Source: a virus (taxonomy: Duplodnaviria; Caudoviricetes). Taken from it: 43,217 bases of DNA. Below, in pieces: positions 9,506-17,732 of this stretch. How positions within the stretch are numbered: the stretch's first letter is position 1; the number at the start of each line of letters is the position of its first letter. The stretch is from the IMG/VR virus record IMGVR_UViG_3300025018_003796, positions 1 through 43,217 of that record, one strand, 5' to 3'. Both the position numbers and the translations under genes were made by a program. The notes under the pieces were generated by a model. The model had not been told where the DNA came from. It saw only the letters and a program-made list of their open reading frames with translations, and ran no database searches.

Positions 9506-11057
9506 CCCACACCTCCGCGGCTGTCCTGGCCGCCTTGCCGGTGACGGCGAATCCGTCCGTTGATCGGGTCCGGTCCATCGAGGCGCTTCCCAGTCCCGCG
9601 GCGCTCTCCCGGTCCAGCGCCATCGTCAGGCAGTCCACGAACTCATCATGCCGCGCGAACGGGAAGTTGCAGACCTCATCCAGGAATGTTTCCACCCATT
9701 CGCCGTCCACCAGGATCACCCGGCCACTCTCGATCAGTGGCGAGACATCCCGCGTCCGGCTCACCTTGTCCTTGGTTGGGGCCTTCGAGGCGATCACATT
9801 GAGCTTGGTACGCGCCCGCAGGTTCTGCACCGTGGATATGCCGTTGGCCTTCGGTTCGATCATCAGCATGGACCGGTCGCTGTAGCCATTGGCCATGGTC
9901 CAGGTCGGCAACCGCCGTTCCAGGTCAGGTTGTTCCAGTCTGAACCGCTCCGCGCAGCGAATCGCCACATACGGCCCTATCCGCGAATAGGCCAGGATCC
10001 CGCTCGGGTCGTTGATCTCCTTGGACGTATAGGCCAGATCGGCCGTGAAGTTCCAGGAAGGCGCACCGGGTAGCCACTGGCGGGCCATTCCCAGCACATC
10101 CTCCATCGAAAGCACCTTGAACCAGCCTTTCTTGAGAATGCCGCCTTCCTCGGGTACGGGCCGCTGTAGCATCTGGGCCGAATACCCGAAGCTGCCCAGC
10201 TTGATCTTCTCCCGGTCCAGCACCGCGCGCGAAAGCCGGACCGGATCCAGGAGCCCGTCCTTGTACATGCCCCGCAGTTCCGGCGGCCTCACGTCGGCGG
10301 TATCCTCTGCCGGCAGGCAGATATGCCGGATCTCGCCGGGCCGGATACGCAAGTCATGCCCGCTGGGGTCATCCTCGTGCAGGCGCTGCTGGATCAGGAT
10401 CGTAAGCGTGATGTTCCGGTCCACCTTCCGTCCGGAAAGCGTTTCATTCATCCACCGGTTGGCCGCCTTCAAGTCCGCCTCGCTGGCCGCCTCCTTCGGG
10501 TTGATTGGGTCATCCGGTATCAGTACATGGGCATGCACACCCAGCACCGCACCGCCCGTGCCGCAACTGAACCGCTGGCCGCCCTCCGTGGTCCGGTAAT
10601 TGTGGCGGGCGTTGCGCGTGGCGTGAAGCTGCACATACGGGTAAAGCCGCCGGTAAAGCTCGCTGGTGACGATCTGGCGCTGGTATTCCGCGTGTTCGGT
10701 CGCCAGGTCATAGGCGTATGAGCCCGTAATGAACCGCAGCGTAGGGTCGCGCGTCCAGGCCCAGGCGGGCAGCATCTGCGAGCACACCGTTGATTTCGAG
10801 GAACCGGGCGGCACATTGATAATCAGGTCGTATTCCTTCGGCTCGCGCCGGATAACCCGTTCCATGGCTGTTTGCAGTTCATCGCACAAGAATTGGATAT
10901 GCCAGTTCCAGACCGCTTTCTCCTTGATCACCACATGCCAGAACGTTTGAACGAACTCATAGAAGTCCCGCTTGCAGATTTCCCCCAGCAGGCCGTGGAG
11001 GTCCGCGTCGGGGATTGTCGTCAGCGCCGCCTTGTTAGATAAGCTCATCCTCGCCAC
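9492..11057 (-). CDS. terL: Terminase large subunit
   Basis: Walker A INVPPGSSKS, Walker B LIPDDP, IQQRLHEDD, nuclease domain ending FPFARHDEFVDC. Confidence 0.95.
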   Translation of the reverse strand: MARMSLSNKAALTTIPDADLHGLLGEICKRDFYEFVQTFWHVVIKEKAVWNWHIQFLCDELQTAMERVIRREPKEYDLIINVPPGSSKSTVCSQMLPAWAWTRDPTLRFITGSYAYDLATEHAEYQRQIVTSELYRRLYPYVQLHATRNARHNYRTTEGGQRFSCGTGGAVLGVHAHVLIPDDPINPKEAASEADLKAANRWMNETLSGRKVDRNITLTILIQQRLHEDDPSGHDLRIRPGEIRHICLPAEDTADVRPPELRGMYKDGLLDPVRLSRAVLDREKIKLGSFGYSAQMLQRPVPEEGGILKKGWFKVLSMEDVLGMARQWLPGAPSWNFTADLAYTSKEINDPSGILAYSRIGPYVAIRCAERFRLEQPDLERRLPTWTMANGYSDRSMLMIEPKANGISTVQNLRARTKLNVIASKAPTKDKVSRTRDVSPLIESGRVILVDGEWVETFLDEVCNFPFARHDEFVDCLTMALDRESAAGLGSASMDRTRSTDGFAVTGKAARTAAEVWDGLV

Positions 11058-11748
11058 CTACCCTGCACTTGAGTAGCAGATCGCGCAGCACCTTGGCTTC
11101 CGCGTCCGTCAGCTTGGCGTAATCATATTGGGCCACGGTCTTGCTCGAAACCGTTGCATCCACCTGCACCTTGGTCCCGTACATGCGCGGGTAGTAGCAG
11201 GACACCTGCCACTTGAGCGTGTCGATTTTGATTCTGGCGGCATTGGCCTGCTGGAAAGAAGGCTCTAGCGGAAGGTCGGCCAGCTCCGCCTCGATGTCGG
11301 CCACGATGGATTCCGCCCTAGCCTCGCGGGCACGGGCATAATGCTCATGGAACTCGGGGATTGTCCGTAGCCAGGTCGAAAGCTGCCGCTGGGTCGCCAG
11401 GCCCGCCTTCTCGATCTCGCGCCACGAGACGCCCGCGGAAACCTGGTCGCATATCTGGTCCCGAAGCTGCGAGGAATACGCGCTATGCCGCCCAGGGTCT
11501 TTCGGCTCCGCCGCGCGTGTGTTTGCCTTGCCCTTGGGCTTGCTGGCCTTTGCCGCCGCGCGTGGCGCTTTCTTGACGGCCTTTGACACTTTATCTGTCA
11601 ACGGGAGCGCGCGCGCCTTGCCTTTGGCTACAGGCTGCTTCGTGGCCGCTTTCGCGCTCGCACGCGCGGGCGGGGTTTGCGGTGCCCCTGCGCGCACCTC
11701 GCGTGCCTGTGCGGACTGCTTACGTTTTACCGTCCTTTTCGCTGTCAT
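11035..11748 (-). CDS. terS: Terminase small subunit (Sf6-like) with Lys/Ala-rich N-terminal extension
   Basis: ICDQVSAGVSWREI...WLR..PEFHEHYARARE...RIKIDTLKW...PRMYG; overlaps terL. A TATTGT -10 box lies 7 nt before ATG 11748 with no RBS, suggesting a leaderless mRNA. Confidence 0.85.
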   Translation of the reverse strand: MTAKRTVKRKQSAQAREVRAGAPQTPPARASAKAATKQPVAKGKARALPLTDKVSKAVKKAPRAAAKASKPKGKANTRAAEPKDPGRHSAYSSQLRDQICDQVSAGVSWREIEKAGLATQRQLSTWLRTIPEFHEHYARAREARAESIVADIEAELADLPLEPSFQQANAARIKIDTLKWQVSCYYPRMYGTKVQVDATVSSKTVAQYDYAKLTDAEAKVLRDLLLKCRVGGEDELI

Positions 11749-11829
11749 GGTTGACACAATACGCCCGCCCCCGGCAAAACCCCAAACACCCAAAAAGCAA
11801 CTTTGTTTCTTTTTGCCGTTTCATGGCAC

Positions 11830-11865
11830 AAAAAAGCCCCGGCAGGAATGAACCTGCCGGGGCTT
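11830..11865 (-). terminator. Intrinsic terminator ending the early operon
   Basis: aagccccggcagg/cctgccggggctt stem running into a T tract on the minus strand. Confidence 0.85.
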
Positions 11866-11926
11866 CCGGTATCAGCCAGGCGCGGGCGAAAGGATCAGAA
11901 ACTCCCGCACTCGGCCATATCCTAAA

Positions 11927-12302
11927 TCAATGCACCTGAACCCATGAGTTCGTCGTTAATCCATTGGCCACCCAGACACCATTCGTGCCGGTGCCTGCCC
12001 CGCCAAGGAGTACCTGCCCCACAAAGGCGGGCGTGTAGCCCGTGGTGTCGGTCGTGGTCGTATTCGTATCCGCCTGGGCGAACCGTCGCCCCCTGCAACG
12101 CCGTCGCGCCTACAGCGGCCCCGGCCAGAACCGTCGCTTGCGCCGTCCCGCCGATTGTCGTGGCCGACAGCGTTGTAACCGTCGCCGTCTCGGCCGTCAG
12201 CGTGTGCGTCGACAGCTCATAGATCGAGCGTTTCACCTCATCCCACCCGGAGCACACGGCCACAACCGCGACCACCGCCACCATTGCCAGCATCTTCTTC
12301 AT
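11927..12302 (-). pseudogene. Signal-peptide Thr-rich protein with an apparent 1-nt frameshift near 12081
   Basis: MKKMLAMVAVVAVVAVCSG signal peptide and AGGAG RBS. Removing one base after ATV gives AQADTNTTTTDTTGYTPAFVGQVLLGGAGTGTNGVWVANGLTTNSWVQVH*, which matches the N-terminal composition better than the annotated tail. Confidence 0.6.
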
Positions 12303-12331
12303 GTTCTTTTGCTCCTGTTTGTTTCGGGCCT

Positions 12332-12778
12332 TCACCCACAACTGATAATATGCGTTTCAACATACGCCTTGATCTGCCCAACGTCTAAAGAATTCACGGT
12401 CAATTCACGGTCAATGGAGTAGCACCTGGATTCATACGCAAGCTGCACCTGTTTTTTATGCCAATCAGGATCAAATAAAGGCGGTGGCGTGGAACGAGTC
12501 GTCATCACCTCAATACGCTCCTGCAACTCAAAGTGTTTAAACGTTTGTGGTTCAGGCAAGCGGTTTGTTTGCCGGTTCTGCCAGTTCGTGGGGTTCTTGG
12601 CCCACTTGCGGCGAATACGCTTGCGCTTACTTTGCGGGAACCGAACCTGAACTAAGTCAGGCCGTCTGGCGAGGCTATGCGCAAAACGGAACATAGGCGA
12701 CATTTCCAGCAGTGAACGCACCCATATCTTTACTATTTCCGGCGTCAGCAGCACGGGAGGTATTAAAGGCTCATTCAC
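12332..12778 (-). CDS. Hypothetical protein, lower GC
   Basis: 148 aa, AAGGAGG RBS, contains VRFPQSKRKRIRRKWAK. Confidence 0.65.
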   Translation of the reverse strand: MNEPLIPPVLLTPEIVKIWVRSLLEMSPMFRFAHSLARRPDLVQVRFPQSKRKRIRRKWAKNPTNWQNRQTNRLPEPQTFKHFELQERIEVMTTRSTPPPLFDPDWHKKQVQLAYESRCYSIDRELTVNSLDVGQIKAYVETHIISCG

Positions 12779-12814
12779 GGTCAGCCCCTCCTTGTCGCCA
12801 TCACCCCATCCGTA

Positions 12815-13735
12815 TCAACAGCCCCCACTTCCGCCCCCTTCCGTTTCATCATCCCACCCGCGCACAAACGGCAACACATCACACACAAACCCGGCCGCCC
12901 CCGCGTGCCCGCCCCCGCCAAACATTTCCGCCACCGATCCAGCATCAACCGCATTTATGGCGTGTTCGGGAACATAGAGAGAAACCTTGAGACGGCCATC
13001 GGGCAACTGCACATAGGCGGCCAAAAGGTCTGTACCTACGAAATCTGGCTGGCAACCCAAAGAATCAAACGCTTTGCTGCCGATAAGCCCGCGATTCATG
13101 CACAGCGTATGCAGTTGCAAGTCCTCGCCCGCCGGCGAAACCAACCGCCCACGCCAGGCGAACTCCCGCGCGTACCGCGCACTCTCTGCATCCTCGTAGC
13201 GCAGCACGTCCCGCCCGTGCTCGATCAGCTCCCGCACCAGTGCCGGATCCTCGAACAGATGCACCCAGGCACAAATGTCGCGCGGGTCCCAGTCACCGCG
13301 AGCCCGCATCCCGTACTGGAACGCCATCACGTCCGGGTTCCGGTGGTCCCAAACATCATACCGCCCGATCAGATGCACCGCCCAGGGAATGGTCACCCCC
13401 GCAAAATACGCATAGGTCAGTTCGCACGCCGCACGCCCCACTTCCCGAACCCCTGCAATATCCAGGAACGGGCACTCGCCATGCTGCTTGATCGCGCTGG
13501 CGTGATGATCAATCCAGACCAGCGCGGCACGCCGATGCAGGTCCGCCATCCGCGAAAACGGTTCCAGGCAGAAATCCACCATCACAACATGCTCGCCCCG
13601 TTCAATCCCCAGCTTATCGAAATCCACCTCATCCTGGTAATCCAGCCCAATAAGCTCACACTCCAGGTGCCACATCGCCACGATCGCCGCCGAGCACTTC
13701 CCGTCAAAATCCCCCCGATGATACAAACACTTCAC
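12815..13735 (-). CDS. DHH/DHHA1 phosphoesterase (NrnB-like)
   Basis: YHRGDFDG, VMVDFC, WIDHHASA and GGGGHAGAAGF motifs; GTG start at 13735 after AGGAAAGGATGG. Confidence 0.9.
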   Translation of the reverse strand: MKCLYHRGDFDGKCSAAIVAMWHLECELIGLDYQDEVDFDKLGIERGEHVVMVDFCLEPFSRMADLHRRAALVWIDHHASAIKQHGECPFLDIAGVREVGRAACELTYAYFAGVTIPWAVHLIGRYDVWDHRNPDVMAFQYGMRARGDWDPRDICAWVHLFEDPALVRELIEHGRDVLRYEDAESARYAREFAWRGRLVSPAGEDLQLHTLCMNRGLIGSKAFDSLGCQPDFVGTDLLAAYVQLPDGRLKVSLYVPEHAINAVDAGSVAEMFGGGGHAGAAGFVCDVLPFVRGWDDETEGGGSGGC

Positions 13736-13757
13736 AACCCCACCATCCTTTCCTAGT

Positions 13758-14078
13758 TCAGCAGGGGCACTCGCGCCCCGACTCTGTTGTTCCCACCGCC
13801 CGCCGTTCCACCCACACCCAGCCGCTGCCAACCCCGCCAACCCGCGCCTCGATCCCGACGGAAACCAGCCCATTCACCTGGATCTGGCACCAGTCCGCAT
13901 TCGTCGGCGGGGCACCCTCCGCCGCCCGGCGCACCATCACCGTCTTGCGACACCGGCAGCCGGGCCGGTGGTCGCTGGCGTGATCGATCATCATCCCGCA
14001 GGCCGTACACTGCCTGAACTCCACCGACGGGCTCCCGTCCTCTGGTAATTTCGCCGTGATCCGCACCATCTGCACCAT
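13758..14078 (-). CDS. Small Cys-rich hypothetical protein
   Basis: ATG 14078 with AAAGGAG RBS; CTAC...H..GCRC; its TGA stop lies inside the hairpin element. Confidence 0.6.
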   Translation of the reverse strand: MVQMVRITAKLPEDGSPSVEFRQCTACGMMIDHASDHRPGCRCRKTVMVRRAAEGAPPTNADWCQIQVNGLVSVGIEARVGGVGSGWVWVERRAVGTTESGRECPC

Positions 14079-14092
14079 GTCTCCTTTCCGCG

Positions 14093-15166
14093 TTAATCCG
14101 CGATACCCCGCACAATCTTGAGTTTCTTGATGAACACCCGTGGCCTCGACCGGATATTGCAGTTCGGCTCCGCCAGGTCCGCCCGCAACATGTCCATCGC
14201 CTCCCGGAACTTGGCCGTGCCGCGTTCCTCGCCCATTTCCGCCCGCATCTCCCTCAACGCCTTGGCGAAGCCGTTGCGGTCCCATTCTCCAGTCGCGCCG
14301 GTCAGAACGGCGCAGACATCCAGCGGGGATTTGGAAAAGATTTCCTCACGAGTGACAGAGCAACAGGAAGTTGGTTCCGTTCCCCTGCCTCCCCCGTTCG
14401 GAAACCTCGGAGAAGCATTCCGATGCTTCGATGATATATTCATATCTTTTTCGATATGACTATGGTGACTAGTCACAAATTCCGATTTGTGACTGGTCAC
14501 TCCCTCGGAGATCGAAATCGAAGGGGGAGGCAGGGGAACGGAACCCCCGCCATTACTGGCGTTTTCGCCAGACCCAACCACCTCCACATAGAAGGTGACA
14601 CCATCGACATCACGCAGGAAACCATCGGCGACGGAACGCCGAATAAAATCCTGTGCAAATTTACGACCGCCATTAACCTTTACTTTCAACACCTCGCAAA
14701 TCTCATCGCGCGTCACATAAAGCCCGCGCTTATCGTTCAGAACATCAAAGAAAACCTGCCGCGCCTTCGCCTCGCGGCTCTTGCGCTGGCGTTCGGCCAC
14801 ATCCGAGGGCGGCGCGCCCTGTTCTTCCGCCCAGCGGGCCACCGCCACGATCCCGCCGCGCGTAATCGTGATCAAGCCCGCATCGCGCAGGCGGTCCAGG
14901 CTGCCCGTAGCCCCCGCCGCGGACATTCCCGGCATCGCCCCGATCCATTTGGCAACCGCCGCCTTCTTCGCCCGCTTCGCGCCGCCCAGGCCGATAACCC
15001 CATCGGACGTGCCGTACTCCTGGCGCGTGCGCCCCGCCTGCAGCCGTAGATTAAAATAAACGCCGTGGTCCTGGACCGGAAGCAGCCGGAACGCCTCATG
15101 CCCCGCGATCCAGTTATGATCCAGCATCTGGAATCGGTAGCCCCTGTAAGTCGCGTTATCAGCCAC
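14093..15166 (-). CDS. Putative phage replication initiator / replisome organizer
   Basis: GTG 15166 with GGGAGG RBS. Winged-helix-like N-terminus (LDRLRDAGLITI), RWAEEQ...AERQRKSRE motif, and internal VTSH repeats typical of initiators that carry the origin. Confidence 0.6.
   Translation of the reverse strand: MADNATYRGYRFQMLDHNWIAGHEAFRLLPVQDHGVYFNLRLQAGRTRQEYGTSDGVIGLGGAKRAKKAAVAKWIGAMPGMSAAGATGSLDRLRDAGLITITRGGIVAVARWAEEQGAPPSDVAERQRKSREAKARQVFFDVLNDKRGLYVTRDEICEVLKVKVNGGRKFAQDFIRRSVADGFLRDVDGVTFYVEVVGSGENASNGGGSVPLPPPSISISEGVTSHKSEFVTSHHSHIEKDMNISSKHRNASPRFPNGGGRGTEPTSCCSVTREEIFSKSPLDVCAVLTGATGEWDRNGFAKALREMRAEMGEERGTAKFREAMDMLRADLAEPNCNIRSRPRVFIKKLKIVRGIAD
14465..14500. repeat. Paired palindromes, candidate replication-origin iterons
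   Basis: GTGACTAGTCAC-aaattccgattt-GTGACTGGTCAC, itself an inverted repeat, beside an AT-rich tract (about 14430-14460) inside the initiator gene. Confidence 0.55.
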
Positions 15167-16031
15167 GTCCCGGCCCTCCCGGCATTTGCGCATGGTAGCG
15201 GCCCTTGAGCATCGGCATTTTCGCCACCCGCATATTGGCCTCCATCTGTTTAAGGAAAAAGGGCACGCTGGCGGCGGCGCACTGGTCCCGCAGCGACTCG
15301 AACCACTCGCGGCGCGCAAAACGCCGGTTTGCCCCGCTCTCGCAGCCGGCCACCACCCAGCCCAGGCGGTCCAGCCACGGCGAAAGGTCCAACGGCCCCA
15401 GCAGCGGTTCGGCGGAAATCGCCCTCACGTGCGCGGGTGCGTCTATAAGGAAAGGGATTCGCCCCTCCGCCGCCGCCTGGTTCTCCGCGCTCGTCATCAG
15501 GATCACATTCGGCACGGGCCAGCGCGGCACGCTATCAAAGAGCGAATCCGCCGCCAGCGAGAAGCGCGCCCCCAGCCGATCGCCTGCCATCGCCCGGCAC
15601 AGCGGCGGCGAGAACTCCGCGAAGAACCGCGCCAGACGCTCCGGCCGCTTCGTGCAGACAATAAAGGTATGGCGGGCGGCGGCGGACATCACCCCGAAGG
15701 CCGCCGCAATGTCCGCATCCGCCACCCCCTCGAAGAACAGATCATTCCAGACCGCCCAGACCAGCGGCTTGCGCGTCGTCAGCGGGTTCATTAAATCCCG
15801 TTCCATGAAGCGGCACTGCCCCGAGAACCGCCCGCCATCATCGGTCAGCCCGTCATAGCGCTCCCGGATCAGATCATTAGCCTGGCGGCGGCGAACATGC
15901 GTCGCGCTCGCCGCCCAGCAATTCGCGCACCCGGCCGACACATGCGCGCACCCCTCCACCAGCGACCAAGCCCGGTCCCACCACATCCCCGCCGACAACC
16001 GTTCCCCACCCGTCTCGCGCATAACAACCAT
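15159..16031 (-). CDS. Phage Gp37/Gp68 family (DUF5131) protein
   Basis: WSLVEGCAHVSAGCANCWA, NDLFFE, CTKRPER, ISAEPLLG, WVVAGCESG, VPFFLKQ. Confidence 0.9.
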   Translation of the reverse strand: MVVMRETGGERLSAGMWWDRAWSLVEGCAHVSAGCANCWAASATHVRRRQANDLIRERYDGLTDDGGRFSGQCRFMERDLMNPLTTRKPLVWAVWNDLFFEGVADADIAAAFGVMSAAARHTFIVCTKRPERLARFFAEFSPPLCRAMAGDRLGARFSLAADSLFDSVPRWPVPNVILMTSAENQAAAEGRIPFLIDAPAHVRAISAEPLLGPLDLSPWLDRLGWVVAGCESGANRRFARREWFESLRDQCAAASVPFFLKQMEANMRVAKMPMLKGRYHAQMPGGPGRG

Positions 16032-16117
16032 CCTTTCCTAGATCAGCAGTGGCGCTTGCGCCACGAATCTCCATCAGCAGGGGCACTAGTGCCCCGAATC
16101 TCTGCCCCGAATCTCCA

Positions 16118-16432
16118 TCAGCACTGCCGCCCGCACCCCGACTCAATAACCACCGCCACCAGCGCCCCCAGCCCACTCGCCGACGCCGGGAACCGCCCCT
16201 GCACATGGAAGCGCGACCAGCGCCCCTCATCCTGCTCGAACTGCCGTGCCACGATCACCCGCGTTGGCCGCAGCGAATCCTCCACCGTGATCCGAATAAC
16301 CCGCTCCGCCCGTCGCGGCTCATCAGATTCCAAGGCTCGCCGCTGCCTTGCCTCCCCGCTCGCCAGCCCCATCTTCCGTCCCCGTTCCGAAGCCGCCCAC
16401 GCCCGCCGCCGCAAATACCAATTACTAGCCAC
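16118..16432 (-). CDS. Hypothetical protein
   Basis: 104-aa ORF with basic ASERGRKMGLASGEAR motif. Confidence 0.55.
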   Translation of the reverse strand: MASNWYLRRRAWAASERGRKMGLASGEARQRRALESDEPRRAERVIRITVEDSLRPTRVIVARQFEQDEGRWSRFHVQGRFPASASGLGALVAVVIESGCGRQC

Positions 16433-16477
16433 CTTACACCCCGTATGTTGCTCGCAAGTATCTACAAAACTTCATAA

Positions 16478-16732
16478 TCACTTGTTCGGCACCTGACAAT
16501 TTCGTTTGCGGCAATAATGACACCGAGCATCCGCCTTGATGGTTTCCTGCGTCGCTCGCTCGCTTTTAGTGGCAATGGTTCTGTCTCCGCAAACGGGGCA
16601 ATCCCAAACCCATTGGATCAGGTCATCACCACAAGTAGTCTTGTTGTCATCAGCAGTGGCGGGCCGAACATCAACTTGGACCGTACAGGCGGAAGTGCGA
16701 TCACGGTTAGAGAACAGATCAAGCTGATACAT
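16478..16732 (-). CDS. Cassette gene A: Zn-finger-like protein (CPVC...CHYC)
   Basis: AGGAGG RBS and ATG lie inside the attC-like site at 16663-16767; lower GC. Confidence 0.65.
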   Translation of the reverse strand: MYQLDLFSNRDRTSACTVQVDVRPATADDNKTTCGDDLIQWVWDCPVCGDRTIATKSERATQETIKADARCHYCRKRNCQVPNK

Positions 16733-16767
16733 CGCACTTCCTCCTGCCGGTCAAGTCAGCGTTAGAT
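16663..16767 (+). mobile_element. attC-like site (105 bp)
   Basis: GCCGAAC-atcaa-CTTGGACCG...16-bp inner stem with one mismatch...CGGTCAAG-tcagc-GTTAGAT; extra base in the left arm. Confidence 0.8.
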
Positions 16768-16770
16768 TCT

Positions 16771-16941
16771 TTAGATTGGTATTTCACAAATCCACAATTT
16801 TCCTGTACTAATCGCACTCGGGCACCGCCGAGCATTTTTCCCGTCGCAATACCCGTTGGCTCCACCAAGCGTGCATCCGTATTTCTTTTGCCAGCGGTCA
16901 AATTCTTTTTGGTATTCTTTGGTCGTTTTGATCTTCGTCAT
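16771..16941 (-). CDS. Cassette gene B: 56-aa Cys-rich protein
   Basis: ATG 16941 after AGAAGGA; MTKIKTTKEYQKEFDRWQKKYGC...; low GC. Confidence 0.6.
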   Translation of the reverse strand: MTKIKTTKEYQKEFDRWQKKYGCTLGGANGYCDGKNARRCPSAISTGKLWICEIPI

Positions 16942-16964
16942 AACTATTCCTTCTGGTGCGATAA

Positions 16965-17027
16965 ATCTAACATTCGCGTGGAGCATATCCGGGCTCGCCG
17001 CCCGAAATGCTCACGCTGGCGTTCGGG
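16965..17027 (+). mobile_element. attC-like site (63 bp)
   Basis: ATCTAAC-attcg-CGTGGAGCAT...CGGGC/GCCCG...ATGCTCACG-ctggc-GTTCGGG. Confidence 0.8.
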
Positions 17028-17230
17028 CAAATACGTTTCATCCATTCAATGCGCCGCTGTAGTTTGTGGAATCTCTGCGAATCGCCGCTAAACGTGTAGA
17101 GGAAGAACCCCACCGGAGGGAACATGCCAAACGCAGGATATTTCCTGAAGATTGAATCAATCTCGCCTTCATATCTTGAGATGCAGGCCCGAACAACCGC
17201 ATGGAACCTAGCTCGAATAGTCGTTTTCAT
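16967..17230 (-). CDS. Cassette gene C: hypothetical protein
   Basis: Starts in the loop of site 17188-17275 (AAAGGA RBS), reads through site 16965-17027 and stops on the TAG of its core heptamer. Confidence 0.6.
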   Translation of the reverse strand: MKTTIRARFHAVVRACISRYEGEIDSIFRKYPAFGMFPPVGFFLYTFSGDSQRFHKLQRRIEWMKRICPNASVSISGGEPGYAPREC

Positions 17231-17275
17231 GTATCCAATCCTTTCTCCCTCGCAGGTTCATGCAAGGCGTTGTGC
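17188..17275 (+). mobile_element. attC-like site (88 bp)
   Basis: CCCGAAC-aaccg-CATGGAACCT...AGGTTCATG-caaggc-GTTGTGC. Confidence 0.8.
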
Positions 17276-17436
17276 AGAACACACCCGAAGTCATGATCCG
17301 TGTCGCAACCGTACGCGGCACCATCATCATTGTACGCGTCGATCTTCGTCAGAATCACTCGGCAGCTTCCGTAAGGACGGAAGACCAAGCGAACAAAGCG
17401 GCGGACCGCAGCACAACCCATCACCCATTTTCTCAT
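17227..17436 (-). CDS. Cassette gene D: hypothetical protein
   Basis: 69 aa with ATGA coupling at both ends; its stop is inside the loop of the attC-like site. Confidence 0.55.
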   Translation of the reverse strand: MRKWVMGCAAVRRFVRLVFRPYGSCRVILTKIDAYNDDGAAYGCDTDHDFGCVLHNALHEPAREKGLDT

Positions 17437-17732
17437 ATCTCACCTATTTCCCCGGCTTTTGCTGGCCGGTCAGCTCCCTGCATCCTCACGCCCACACGAG
17501 CAAAGCGCATCCCATCGGCCTCCGTCACAATCAGGTTGCACCCCATAACCTGGAGAAGACGGGCCGAAGTAACAGGCCACTGGCCGATCGGGACCGTTCG
17601 GGCAGCTATACACCACCGGAGGTCCTCTAGCTCGCGAACACCAAGCAGAAGCGCGTTCGGCGCGACATTGTGTTCCTGCCAGTAGGCCTGGTATCCATTG
17701 TCCAGCCTGGTCAACATGTCACAGAACATCAT
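17433..17732 (-). CDS. Hypothetical protein
   Basis: 99-aa ORF tightly packed in the operon, GGGGTGG RBS. Confidence 0.6.
   Translation of the reverse strand: MMFCDMLTRLDNGYQAYWQEHNVAPNALLLGVRELEDLRWCIAARTVPIGQWPVTSARLLQVMGCNLIVTEADGMRFARVGVRMQGADRPAKAGEIGEI

Larger units (their letters stand above)
16484..17417. mobile_element. Integron-like gene-cassette array lacking an integrase (CALIN-like), 4 segments
   Basis: Each inter-site segment is bounded by exactly complementary heptamers: GTTCGGC 16484/GCCGAAC 16663, GTTAGAT 16761/ATCTAAC 16965, GTTCGGG 17021/CCCGAAC 17188, GTTGTGC 17269/GCACAAC 17411. Three intervening attC-like hairpins. Confidence 0.8.

Noticed and set aside
16380-16490. 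Fourth complete attC left of GTTCGGC 16484, and one right of GCACAAC 17411
   Set aside because: No matching L-box arms or distal heptamers found; treated as half-sites only.
16650-16661. TCAGCAGTGGCG match to the hairpin-element copy at 16043
   Set aside because: Only 12 nt, with no STAG and no second arm; probably chance.
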